A DNA stretch of 64,000 bases from Candidatus Magasanikbacteria bacterium CG11_big_fil_rev_8_21_14_0_20_39_34 (GCA_002787355.1 PCWN01000008.1:69873-133872), one strand, 5' to 3'. Positions 1 to 8,870 are shown, counted from the first letter of the stretch. The notes: generated from the letters alone by a model not told the origin. Numbers and translations: made by a program.

Positions 1-374
1 CCAAAATACAGATACAACATCATCTTGAATCTGCGCAGTGGTTTATACAAATACGGATGCACCGGAAGTTGCAAAAATCCAAGATAAAAAGTAAAAAGAA
101 TAAAAACAAAAAATGCAATAAGAACATAACGAAAAATATCTTTATCAAGAACACTCAACAGAGCCCCTGTGCTTAAAAATGAACAAAAAACAATTAAAAA
201 TTCTTCCAAGTGAAATTTTTCAAAAAAGAAAATGTGAAAACTTAAAAGCAGTAAGGCAAAAATAATAAGGAGAAGCACACTTAACCACCAAATGGGGAAA
301 AAACAAAAGAGAAGGAGCGCACCTCCTGCGGTACATGAAACCAATAGAGAAAGCCATTTAGAAAAAAGATTCAT
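1..374 (-). CDS. Multi-pass membrane protein, 3' end runs off the window (not in ORF track)
   Basis: ATG at 374 on minus strand; open frame MNLFSKWLSLLVSCTAGGALLLFCFFPIWW...YKPLRRFKMMLYLYF to the window edge; several hydrophobic segments; directly downstream of 380..754. Confidence 0.7.
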   Translation of the reverse strand, partial: MNLFSKWLSLLVSCTAGGALLLFCFFPIWWLSVLLLIIFALLLLSFHIFFFEKFHLEEFLIVFCSFLSTGALLSVLDKDIFRYVLIAFFVFILFTFYLGFLQLPVHPYLYKPLRRFKMMLYLYF

Positions 375-379
375 AACAT

Positions 380-754
380 TTAGAGATTGATAAGTCTATC
401 AAGAATTTCCTGAATTTGAGATGCTTGAACTTCTTGACCGGATTTTTGCAACTGCACCAATTTTTGCAAAGCAAAAAATGCATTTAAATGATTTTCTTTA
501 TATTGATACGGAACAACCATCTGCAAAAAGTTACTCATGAATGGTTCTGGAAATTTTTTGCTAAGATCTGCACTTTGCAATGAACTTTGAAGTTTGTGCA
601 AATCTAACTTATACGCATCTGTAATTTCTTGTGGAGAAACCTGTATCTTTTTGTGAGAAGTATTTTTTATCAGAAAAAAACCACCGAAAAAAAGAAAAAT
701 GATAAATACTATACTGGCAAAAAGGATAATTTGATTTTTTGCTAAATGTTGCAT
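380..754 (-). CDS. Hypothetical protein with N-terminal TM anchor
   Basis: 124 aa ORF with hydrophobic N-terminus IILFASIVFIIFLFFGGFFLI. Confidence 0.7.
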   Translation of the reverse strand: MQHLAKNQIILFASIVFIIFLFFGGFFLIKNTSHKKIQVSPQEITDAYKLDLHKLQSSLQSADLSKKFPEPFMSNFLQMVVPYQYKENHLNAFFALQKLVQLQKSGQEVQASQIQEILDRLINL

Positions 755-860
755 AAATATTGAAAAAAAACTGATTCTAGTATATAGTATTTATACTTTT
801 TTGTAAAAAAAGCCTTGGACCCAAAAAGTCCTCATCCACCCTATTATACACCATATTGCT

Positions 861-1313
861 ATGCCTACATACGCCGTGAATAAAAAAGCACGATTTGACT
901 ATGAAATTCAGGAGAAACTTGAGGCTGGTTTAATGCTCCTTGGATCTGAGGCAAAGGCAGTCCGAACAGGAAATGTGAAACTTTCCGGAAGTTATGTCAC
1001 CTTCCATAAAAATGAACCTATGATAACCGGGCTCCATATTCCCAAATACAAATACAGTGGCCATCTCAAAGAATATGATCCAGAAAGAAGCCGAAAGCTC
1101 CTTTTGTCCCAGAAACAAATTGCCTATATTCAGGGAAAATCGCAGGAAAAAGGCTTGACAATCATACCCCTTTCCATATATACTAAAGGTCGCTATATCA
1201 AGGTAGAAATTGGTGTTTGCCGTGGAAAGAAAACCCATGATAAACGCAGGGTTATCAAAAAACGTGAGCTTGACCGAGAAACCCGAAGAGCTATTAAGGG
1301 AGACTACCGATAG
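861..1313 (+). CDS. smpB: SsrA-binding protein SmpB
   Basis: NKKARFDY, EAGLML.G.E.K, RKLLL and GKK.HDKR motifs; adjacent to tmRNA. Confidence 0.98.
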   Translation: MPTYAVNKKARFDYEIQEKLEAGLMLLGSEAKAVRTGNVKLSGSYVTFHKNEPMITGLHIPKYKYSGHLKEYDPERSRKLLLSQKQIAYIQGKSQEKGLTIIPLSIYTKGRYIKVEIGVCRGKKTHDKRRVIKKRELDRETRRAIKGDYR

Positions 1314-1379
1314 CCTCAGTATCCAAACTTCATATTACAAACAAGTAGTTTGAGGTTTGTCTATTGAAATTTTTGCAAA

Positions 1380-1775
1380 GGGGATGACAGGACTCGATAG
1401 ACGGACCAAGTTGCTTATATGTGCATATCAAGGTGCTCCACTTGTAAAACAGGGCACATTCTACGTGCAAACGTAACTAGTCGAGTGAAGAATGCACTTG
1501 CTCGCGCATTTGCTTTCGGAACACTCGCACCTGTTGTAGCGTAATACACGCCGCAACCATCACCTCCGTGATACTCAATAGCGGTCAGGTGGTGTCAACC
1601 TTATTGAGTGTAGGATTGTATTCGTAGTCAGTTGATGCAGTCTGAAAGTATAATTACTGGCAACCTTTTACCTTTTTGCCGTTTTTGGAGGTAGAAGGAT
1701 AACAAAACGGCTACGTATGTAGAACATATTTGTAACCCGATCTAGACCCGGGTTCAAATCCCGGCATCTCCACCA
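1380..1775 (+). ncRNA. ssrA: tmRNA
   Basis: 5' GGGGATG pairs with 3' CATCTCC-ACCA including the G3.U alanine determinant; T-arm CCGGG-TTCAAAT-CCCGG; internal tag ORF 1467..1544; follows smpB. Confidence 0.95.
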
Positions 1776-1846
1776 ATTAATCCTAGACCCAAAACCCAAA
1801 CTCTGATTTGTTTGGATTTATGGTTTATGATTTATAATTTTTACAC

Positions 1847-2395
1847 ATGAGAATCTCTCGAAAAAAGAAAAGCATTCAGCCCCTTATCCCCCATTTTAGG
1901 ATCAATGATAAAATCCGTGCTGAGGAAGTTCGAGTTCTCTCCGATCAAGGAGACAATCTTGGTGTTTTTTCTATTACCGAGGCACTCCGAATGGCAGAAG
2001 AACAAGGTATTGATCTCGTAGAAATTAACCCAAAAGCAGATCCACCAATTGTAAAAATTGTAGATTTTAGCCACTTCAAATACCAAAAAGAAAAAGAAGC
2101 CCGAAAACAAAAGGCCAATACCCACGTGACCGATATTAAAGGCATCCGTCTTTCTATCCGCATCGGTGTTGGAGACCTTACCATACGCCAGAAACAGACC
2201 GAAAAGTTCCTCAAACGTGGGGATAAAGTAAAAGTAGAGGTTATTTTGCGGGGTCGTGAAAAAGGAAATGCAGCACTGGCTTTTGATGTAATTCGGAAGT
2301 TTTTTGCCTTAATTGAGGAAAATACTAACATTAAATTCGAGCAAGAGCCTACCAAACAAGGGAACAAAGTAACAGCTATTATCATCAACAAGTAA
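1847..2395 (+). CDS. infC: Translation initiation factor IF-3
   Basis: RINDKIRA.EVR, DLVEI, KFL..GDKVKV..LRGRE; synteny with rpmI-rplT. Confidence 0.97.
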   Translation: MRISRKKKSIQPLIPHFRINDKIRAEEVRVLSDQGDNLGVFSITEALRMAEEQGIDLVEINPKADPPIVKIVDFSHFKYQKEKEARKQKANTHVTDIKGIRLSIRIGVGDLTIRQKQTEKFLKRGDKVKVEVILRGREKGNAALAFDVIRKFFALIEENTNIKFEQEPTKQGNKVTAIIINK

Positions 2396-2397
2396 GC

Positions 2398-2426
2398 TTG
2401 ACAAAGAAACTAAAAACCTCTATAAT
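2398..2426 (+). promoter_or_regulatory. Consensus sigma70 promoter for rpmI-rplT
   Basis: TTGACA (2398-2403), 17 nt, TATAAT (2421-2426). Confidence 0.8.
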
Positions 2427-2456
2427 GAGGGCCAATCTGATATTTATCACAATCTT

Positions 2457-2675
2457 ATGCCAAAAATGAAAACACGAAAATCAGTATCGGGAAGACTGAA
2501 GCTTAAAATAAAGCGAAAAAACGGGAAAAAAACCGTAAGCATTATTAAAAAGCAAGATGGTCAGGATCACTTCAATGCACGTGAATCTGGTAAAGTGAGA
2601 CGCAACAAACGAACAGACAACACCATGTCTGACGCTCACAAGAAAACCATTATGCGTTCCATGCCCTACGCATAG
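2457..2675 (+). CDS. rpmI: 50S ribosomal protein L35 (divergent)
   Basis: MPKMKTRKS start, very basic, located between infC and rplT. Confidence 0.88.
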   Translation: MPKMKTRKSVSGRLKLKIKRKNGKKTVSIIKKQDGQDHFNARESGKVRRNKRTDNTMSDAHKKTIMRSMPYA

Positions 2676-2734
2676 ATCGTATCCCAATATTTACACTATT
2701 TAGGAAACATAATTTACGACTTAGGATTAACAGT

Positions 2735-3079
2735 ATGCCTCGAGTAAAACGTGGAAAATCACATTTGAAAAAAAGAAAAAACCTACTCAAAAGAGTAAAA
2801 GGTTTCTTGTTGGGACGAAAAAGTCTCATCAAACTTGCAAAGACTGCTGATACAAAAGCAGGAGCATATGCTTACCGTGACAGACGTAACAAAAAAAGAG
2901 AAATGCGTCGTCTCTGGCAGATTAAAATCAATGCTGCTGTACGCGGACTTGGTACAACTTACAGCCAGTTCATGGGAAGCCTCGGAAAAAAGAACATCGC
3001 TTTGGACCGCAAAGTTCTCTCTGAACTTGCTGCCAACCAGCCACAAATCTTCGAAAAAATTGTTGAACAGGCCAAATAA
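2735..3079 (+). CDS. rplT: 50S ribosomal protein L20
   Basis: MPRVKRG, YAYRDRR.KKR..R.LW..INAA, LDRKVL.ELA. Confidence 0.98.
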   Translation: MPRVKRGKSHLKKRKNLLKRVKGFLLGRKSLIKLAKTADTKAGAYAYRDRRNKKREMRRLWQIKINAAVRGLGTTYSQFMGSLGKKNIALDRKVLSELAANQPQIFEKIVEQAK

Positions 3080-3174
3080 AAGTACAACTGTTTGGGTGTA
3101 CTAAGTTATCCACACAATTAGGTTGACACTCAATTGTGAACTATAGTACCATACAGTTAAGAAGTACCAATCTT

Positions 3175-3264
3175 GGGCCTTTAAAGCGTTTGATGACAAG
3201 GTGAGGCACCCCCTCCTTTGCCTCAATACCTTTCATCAAACGCTTTGAGGGTCCTTTTGTTTTT
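3175..3264 (+). ncRNA. Candidate hairpin small RNA with C-rich (anti-SD-like) loop
   Basis: ~33-bp interrupted stem (14-bp perfect core 3183-3196/3233-3246), loop CCCCCTCCTT, G.U pairs on + strand, T-tract after it, TTGACA at 3123 upstream. Confidence 0.45.
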
Positions 3265-3284
3265 CAGGATTTCAAAATAAGATA

Positions 3285-3313
3285 TTGACAATTTGTAGAA
3301 ACTCATATAAAAT
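3285..3313 (+). promoter_or_regulatory. sigma70 promoter for the small basic ORF
   Basis: TTGACA (3285-3290), 17 nt, TAAAAT (3308-3313). Confidence 0.7.
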
Positions 3314-3343
3314 AGCCGCACATAACTTTTGAGAAATACACGT

Positions 3344-3469
3344 ATGGGAATGCGTAAAAAAAACAACCAAAAGATGAAGATCGAGCGCGCAGCCGCAAAG
3401 ATCAGACGAGACAAGAAAAAGCAGAAAAGGCTTAAAAAGCAAGAAGCTGCTTCAACAGGAAAAAAATAA
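3344..3469 (+). CDS. 41-aa Lys/Arg-rich small protein (below ORF-track cutoff)
   Basis: MGMRKKNNQKMKIERAAAKIRRDKKKQKRLKKQEAASTGKK*; own promoter and a downstream hairpin plus T-tract (3473-3516). Confidence 0.65.
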   Translation: MGMRKKNNQKMKIERAAAKIRRDKKKQKRLKKQEAASTGKK

Positions 3470-3563
3470 GCGTGTGTGGAGGAGAATATCCCCTCCACAC
3501 CCTTGCTTTTCTTCTTGAAAATTGGTATACTGTCTCCACAGAAAAAAGATATACCTATCAAAC

Positions 3564-3637
3564 GGATCGGTAGTTCAACTGGTTAGAGCACCGCCCTGTC
3601 ACGGCGGAAGTTGCGGGTTCGAGTCCCGTCCGATCCG
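3564..3637 (+). tRNA. tRNA-Asp(GTC), CCA not encoded
   Basis: Acceptor GGATCGG/CCGATCC, anticodon arm CCGCC-CTGTCAC-GGCGG, T-loop TTCGAGT, discriminator G. Confidence 0.96.
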
Positions 3638-3707
3638 CTCCAAAAACATCGTTTTACCTCACGATGTTTTTTGTTACCATACCCATACATACAATATAAT
3701 AACCCAT

Positions 3708-4204
3708 ATGACATTTGAAAAAAAACACAGGCGAGCCCTTGAGCTGATACAAAAAAATATAAAAGAAGAAGCAAACAAGAATAAGCCTCTCCTGCCTCAT
3801 CTTCTGCGAGTTGGAAAATATCTTTATGATAATAGGTATTCAGAGACGATTGTAAATGCAGGATTACTCCATGACGTATTGGAGTGGACCAACAACCCAA
3901 AGGAAGTGATTGTAAATATATTTGGTCAGGAAGTGTTTGATATTGTTATATTGTTCTTGCAAATACAAAGGATAGAAGCATTACAGATGTACACAAAAGG
4001 AGACAGGACTATGTGGATCGTTGTGTTGCCGTTGGGAAAAATGCTCTTATAGTAAAATCGGCTGATACCCTTGATAGTTTTTATTACTATAAAGAAGCTC
4101 AAAATGAAATAGAAATGGAAAGAAGTAGGCATATTGCCCGCCTTATTTTGCAACATGTAGATGTAAGTACCGATCCAATTTTTGAAAAGCTAAAACAAAT
4201 ATAA
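3708..4204 (+). pseudogene. HD-domain (RelA/SpoT hydrolase-like) gene frameshifted by an 8-bp duplication
   Basis: H..RV, AGLLHDVLE in frame 1 and LIVKSAD in frame 2; tandem ATATTGTT at 3940-3947/3948-3955; removing one copy gives a single 162-aa ORF. Confidence 0.75.
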
Positions 4205-4207
4205 ATA

Positions 4208-4242
4208 AAAAAATCGCATTAAATGCGATTACCCCCTTTTTT
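4208..4242. terminator. Probable bidirectional intrinsic terminator
   Basis: AATCGCATT-A-AATGCGATT hairpin with A-tract before and T-tract after. Confidence 0.55.
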
Positions 4243-4382
4243 TGAACTTTCCCGTCCGTCTTATTCTCCTACATATCTTATCAATTGTCCCTCCAAAATT
4301 CTCAAGACATGGAGAGTGAGATCGGGTGACGATCTCGACGGGCGGGTGCCGAATGGCAAGAGGGAGGAAGAACAGATGATGA

Positions 4383-4478
4383 TCAGTGGAAGAACGCTCC
4401 GCACAGGAGCGCGCCGACGATCAGTGCCTCGATGACGAGCAGGGAGTACCCTGCAACCTTTGCCTTGTCAATCTTCAT
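4383..4478 (-). CDS. 31-aa single-TM peptide in a GC-rich islet
   Basis: MKIDKAKVAGYSLLVIEALIVGALLCGAFFH*; GAGG 6 nt before ATG; promoter TTGACG-17-TAGAAT at 4552..4524. Confidence 0.6.
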   Translation of the reverse strand: MKIDKAKVAGYSLLVIEALIVGALLCGAFFH

Positions 4479-4667
4479 CAGATCCCTCGTATAAAAAGGT
4501 GAAAAAACTACCACGGCATTCACATTCTAAGAGAAAATTCTTTTTTCGTCAATATGGAGTTGTGTATAATTTTTCCCCTTGACAGATATGTCGTTTGATA
4601 TAAAATAAACACACCATTGTATTCAAAAGGAGTAGCTTACTCAAAGCTCCCAATAGCGCTATTTTCT

Positions 4668-5300
4668 ATGAAAAAAACCCTCCTTTTTCTGTTCTCGCTT
4701 ATTCTTTTAACCGGATGTCAAATGAATACTTCATCTCAAAAACCAGAAGAACCCATCATTCCAAGTAAACCAGCAGAAACACCACAAACCGTAGAAGTAG
4801 ATGATTTGCGTGGTCTCTACTCTGGTGCAATTCTACAAACCAACTATGGAAATATAGAAGTGGCATTCTACAGTGAAGAGTCCCCTATGACCGTAAATAA
4901 CTTTCTTACCCTTGCAAGTAAAGGGTTTTATGATGGAACCAGGTTACACAGAGTTATTAAAGACTTTATGATCCAAGGAGGAGATCCACTGTCAAAGGAT
5001 GACGACCGAGATAATGATGGTACCGGTGGTCCAAGCTATACCTTTAAAGATGAAATAAATGATCACAAACTGGTAGCCGGAAGCCTCGCAATGGCAAATC
5101 GTGGACCCAATACCAATGGTTCTCAGTTTTTTATTGTCACCGCTACCTCTACACCTTGGCTGGACGGAAAACATACCAACTTTGGCTACGTCACAAAAGG
5201 GATGGATGTGGTAAAAAAGATAGAGGAAACCAAAACCGATCTTATGGATAGACCAGAAAAGTCGGTCATCCTAGAAAAAGTTATTCTCAAAGAAAAATAA
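4668..5300 (+). CDS. Cyclophilin-type peptidyl-prolyl isomerase, lipoprotein
   Basis: FYDG...HRVI.DFMIQGGDP, LAMAN.GPNTNGSQFFI, WLDGKHT.FG; signal MKKTLL...LTGC lipobox (ATG 4668). Confidence 0.95.
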   Translation: MKKTLLFLFSLILLTGCQMNTSSQKPEEPIIPSKPAETPQTVEVDDLRGLYSGAILQTNYGNIEVAFYSEESPMTVNNFLTLASKGFYDGTRLHRVIKDFMIQGGDPLSKDDDRDNDGTGGPSYTFKDEINDHKLVAGSLAMANRGPNTNGSQFFIVTATSTPWLDGKHTNFGYVTKGMDVVKKIEETKTDLMDRPEKSVILEKVILKEK

Positions 5301-5307
5301 AGAAAAC

Positions 5308-5348
5308 AAATAAAAAAGCTCCCTCAACAAGAGGGAGCTTTTTTATTT
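5308..5348. terminator. Bidirectional intrinsic terminator
   Basis: AAAAAAGCTCCCTC-AACAA-GAGGGAGCTTTTTT between convergent genes. Confidence 0.85.
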
Positions 5349-5354
5349 GAAAAT

Positions 5355-5816
5355 TTAGAGTGAAAAATATCCCAATTTTTCCTTTAAATCACGCAATCGT
5401 GCATAAAATCCGGAAGTATGCACGGAATTGAGTCGAAGTCGTTTGTGATCATAGTGGTGCATCCATTCATGCAAAACAGTATCTAAAAACGTCTTGGCCG
5501 CAAGTATCTGCCCTCGTACCGCTGTTCTATTATGTATAAAAATAGCATTTGAAGATACCCGGTAATAGCCATATTGCTTGAATACCACCTTCCCTTTGCT
5601 TTTTTTATGGTACTGATTCTTCTCAGAAATTTTTAAATGAGCTACATCAATTTGCGCTAAATCACATAACTCATCCAAAAGCTGCTCCCCTATTTGCATC
5701 CTATCTTCCTCTGATTTGGCCTTTGAGAGTGCAAAAAATAGACTCCGTGCGGGGAGTGAAACCCTAAAATGGATCTCCTCTATACTTTTACTTTTCTGAT
5801 AGTTTGACTGAAACAT
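5355..5816 (-). CDS. SprT-like zinc metallopeptidase-domain protein
   Basis: TVLHEWMHH zinc motif plus a downstream H...F as in SprT-like/M48-related folds. Confidence 0.65.
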   Translation of the reverse strand: MFQSNYQKSKSIEEIHFRVSLPARSLFFALSKAKSEEDRMQIGEQLLDELCDLAQIDVAHLKISEKNQYHKKSKGKVVFKQYGYYRVSSNAIFIHNRTAVRGQILAAKTFLDTVLHEWMHHYDHKRLRLNSVHTSGFYARLRDLKEKLGYFSL

Positions 5817-5872
5817 ATTGAGAAAAAATCCCGACCAAGTCGGGATTTTTTATATCATCTAGGAAAAAAACT

Positions 5873-6232
5873 TTACCGCTTCGAAGACTTTGACTTTGTT
5901 TTTTTTGTAGGTGCCTTTTTCTTTTCTTTCCTTTTTGCAACCTTCTCACCTAACTTTTCTGACAACCTCCCCACAATAAAACGCTCCACAAAGCCAGCCA
6001 TGGTTTTACTCACAAAACCCATGTTGGTAGAAACGGAATCAATTTTATTGCGCATGAACTGCACAGCTTCATTGATCAGTTCAAGTTTTTCTGCAACAAC
6101 TTCTATAACCTTATTTGCATTACGCAACACACGCGCCGCTTGATACAAAAGCCAACACAGAAAAATAGTAAGCCAAACAATACATATGGCCAAAATCATG
6201 TATAAAAGGTCTTGATAGCCATCAAAAGGCAT
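5873..6232 (-). CDS. Membrane-anchored coiled-coil protein with basic tail (DUF948-like)
   Basis: Likely start MPFDGYQDLLY (ATG 6232, GGGGA upstream); one TM helix, amphipathic helix, Lys-rich tail. Confidence 0.7.
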   Translation of the reverse strand: MPFDGYQDLLYMILAICIVWLTIFLCWLLYQAARVLRNANKVIEVVAEKLELINEAVQFMRNKIDSVSTNMGFVSKTMAGFVERFIVGRLSEKLGEKVAKRKEKKKAPTKKTKSKSSKR

Positions 6233-6434
6233 ATATTCCCCCATTCTCACCCGACCAGGTGCCCACGAGTAAGAGTAATAATTAGACAGGCATACCCTTA
6301 GTATAGCACAATTTTTAAAAAAAATCATGAAAAAAGAGAAGTCAATACAAAAATATGTGGATAAAATAAAATTTGAGTGCAAATATAAAAAAATTCCGAA
6401 GGTATTTCGGAATTTTTTTTGATAAAGTGTATTC

Positions 6435-8867
6435 TTACTTTCTTATTTCCGCTTTACAGTTTTTCTCCAAAATATCTAAAACCTTTGCATGCTCTTTTTC
6501 CACTTCTTCACTGGTAAGAGTTTTTTCTTTTGAGCGATACACAATCTTGTATGCCATACTCTTGCTCCCCTGACCCACATGCTCACCGCTATAGACATCA
6601 AAAAGTTCAACAGATTCAATAAGATCACTTGCCTCCCCTATGAGTTTTACAACGGTATCATGTTCAATTTCCTTTTTGACCACAAAAGCAATGTCACGAG
6701 TAATACTTGGGAATTCTGGAATAGGCATATAGTGTATACTGTCTCCTGCTTTTGCGACAATCTTGTCAAGGACAAGCTCTGCAATACAGACACGGTAATC
6801 AATATCAAGTCGTTTGAGTGCAATCGGATGGAACTCTGTAATAATACCTACCTGCTCTCCATCAAGGAGAATTTGTGCACATCTTCCATTGTGTACATAA
6901 TCAACGGGCAAAGAAAATTTTTCGATGGTAAATTCATCCACTCCAATACTTTTGAGTACCTCTCTTGCTGCATCTGCTACCATAAAAAATGGGGTATTTT
7001 CCTTCTTGCTAGCGTACGCAATTCCCAAAAATGTATCCTGACGTGGTAATAAATCTGAAGAGTTGGGATGGATTCTTTCACCTGGATCTTCATGGTGGAA
7101 TACCTTTCCAATTTCAAAAAGTTTTACCGTATCAACGCGGTGTAAATTTCCAGCCACATTGGCAAGTAGATTGGGATACAAATGTCTTCGGACCAGTGGC
7201 CGATCTTTTGCAACCGGATTTTCCAGACGGATATATTCCAAGAGATCTTCACCAATTCGTTCAAGCCACTCTGGCGCCTCAAAAGAATAATTATATGTCT
7301 CGGTAAACCCATTTTCATATGCCAGGACACGACGCGCAATCCTTTGTGCTACTTTGTGTGGACACTTTACTGCAGGCGCTCCACTATAGTTGGGAAGAAT
7401 CGCATCAATATTGCCATAACCATACATACGGGCGATTTCTTCAATCAAATCATCAGCAATAGAAACATCTTTGGTTGCGCGCCAAGTTGGAATGATAACA
7501 TGGAGCACATCCTTTTTTGTTTTAACCTCAAAGCCAAGCCGTTCGAGAATATCTGTTGCTTGTTTTTCAGAAATTTCAACGCCCATTTTCTTTTGAAGAA
7601 ATGAAAGAGAAAGCTCCACAGGACCTTGATGAAGTTGAAAACTCTTTGCATCGGCAACATTACTGACCACCTTTGCATTAGGACACAATGTATGGATCAT
7701 CTCCACAGCTTTTCTCAAAGCAAGTTCACAATTGTTTGGATCCAGTGCTTTTTCAAAACGAGCAGATGAGTCACTTCGCACACCAAGACGCATTGAACTT
7801 CGACGAATATTGGTAGCTGCAAAATTTGCAGCTTCAAGAATAATAGAAGTCGTCTCCTCCATTACACTGCTATTTTGACCTCCCATAATTCCGGCAAGCG
7901 CGATTGGCTCATTACTGTCTGCAATAACCAAGTTTTCTTTTCCTAAAATGTGTTTATTCCCATCGAGTGTTTCAATTTCTTCATCTTCTTCTGCCATTCT
8001 CACAATAATTTCAACTTTTCCATCTTGAGTACTTCCCAGCTGTTCCGTATCAAAAGCATGTATAGGCTGGCCCAAGTCATACATAACATAGTTGGTCACG
8101 TCCACGATGTTATTAATAGGGCGAAGTCCTACTGCAATAAGTCGTGCCTGAAGCCATGCGGGTGAGGGTTCAATCGTAATACCACTCATAACCACCCCCA
8201 TATACCGACTACAATACTCCGGTTTTTGGATATCAACCTCAAGTCGAATATCCTTCCCTTCTCTTATGGCAGGAGGATCATACTTTTCAAGCTTCTTTCG
8301 ATAAATTGCTGAAAGCTCTCGCGCCATTCCATAGTGCCCCCATAAATCAGGACGATGCGTCATGGACTTGTTATCGATATCAATGATCACATCGTCAAGT
8401 CCCAAAGCCTGTGTCACGGGTGTTCCAAGCTTTACCTCTTTATCAAATTCAGGGGCCTCGAGCGGTTCATCTTCGCTACGCAAACCGAGTTCTTGGTAAA
8501 GACATAACATTCCTTCTGAAACCTGTCCTGCAATTTTGATTTTGTGAATTTCTTTTCCTTGCAATATCGTAGGCGCGAGCGCGACAGCAGTTCTTCTGCC
8601 AACATGCATTTCTGCTAACGTACCAAATAAAATCTGACGCGGCTTTTCTTCTCCAACATCCACTTGGGCAATACTCAGCTTTGTTGATTCTGGATGCTTT
8701 TCAATGCTGAGAATTTTTCCAACCACTACCCCATCGAGCCCCTCTGATTGCTTTTTGACTTCTTCCACTTCAACCGTATGAATGGTTAAATCATTTGCAA
8801 GATCAGCTGAATCGAGTGAATCAGGTAAAAAAACATAATCTTGTAGCCATTTTCTTGAAACCAACAT
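6435..8867 (-). CDS. pheT: Phenylalanine--tRNA ligase beta subunit
   Basis: HRPDLWGHYGMARE, INNIVDVTNYVM..GQP.HAFD, RFEK, C-terminal FDX-ACB (RDIAF, LFDVY). Confidence 0.98.
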   Translation of the reverse strand: MLVSRKWLQDYVFLPDSLDSADLANDLTIHTVEVEEVKKQSEGLDGVVVGKILSIEKHPESTKLSIAQVDVGEEKPRQILFGTLAEMHVGRRTAVALAPTILQGKEIHKIKIAGQVSEGMLCLYQELGLRSEDEPLEAPEFDKEVKLGTPVTQALGLDDVIIDIDNKSMTHRPDLWGHYGMARELSAIYRKKLEKYDPPAIREGKDIRLEVDIQKPEYCSRYMGVVMSGITIEPSPAWLQARLIAVGLRPINNIVDVTNYVMYDLGQPIHAFDTEQLGSTQDGKVEIIVRMAEEDEEIETLDGNKHILGKENLVIADSNEPIALAGIMGGQNSSVMEETTSIILEAANFAATNIRRSSMRLGVRSDSSARFEKALDPNNCELALRKAVEMIHTLCPNAKVVSNVADAKSFQLHQGPVELSLSFLQKKMGVEISEKQATDILERLGFEVKTKKDVLHVIIPTWRATKDVSIADDLIEEIARMYGYGNIDAILPNYSGAPAVKCPHKVAQRIARRVLAYENGFTETYNYSFEAPEWLERIGEDLLEYIRLENPVAKDRPLVRRHLYPNLLANVAGNLHRVDTVKLFEIGKVFHHEDPGERIHPNSSDLLPRQDTFLGIAYASKKENTPFFMVADAAREVLKSIGVDEFTIEKFSLPVDYVHNGRCAQILLDGEQVGIITEFHPIALKRLDIDYRVCIAELVLDKIVAKAGDSIHYMPIPEFPSITRDIAFVVKKEIEHDTVVKLIGEASDLIESVELFDVYSGEHVGQGSKSMAYKIVYRSKEKTLTSEEVEKEHAKVLDILEKNCKAEIRK

Positions 8868-8870
8868 ACT

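Noticed and set aside
1776-1846. Imperfect hairpin between tmRNA and infC as an L20 leader
   Set aside because: Weak AT-rich pairing with no recognisable leader consensus; rpmI-rplT has its own promoter; it could simply end the tmRNA transcript.
3522-3707. N-terminal extension of ORF 3522..4052 and antisense ORFs 3583..3900 and 3223..3561
   Set aside because: They overlap tRNA-Asp or the small basic gene; the HD homology starts at ATG 3708.
4223-4435. 70-aa plus-strand ORF in the GC-rich islet
   Set aside because: It starts inside a terminator hairpin and has no SD or recognisable motif; the minus-strand 31-aa ORF has promoter, SD and TM character.
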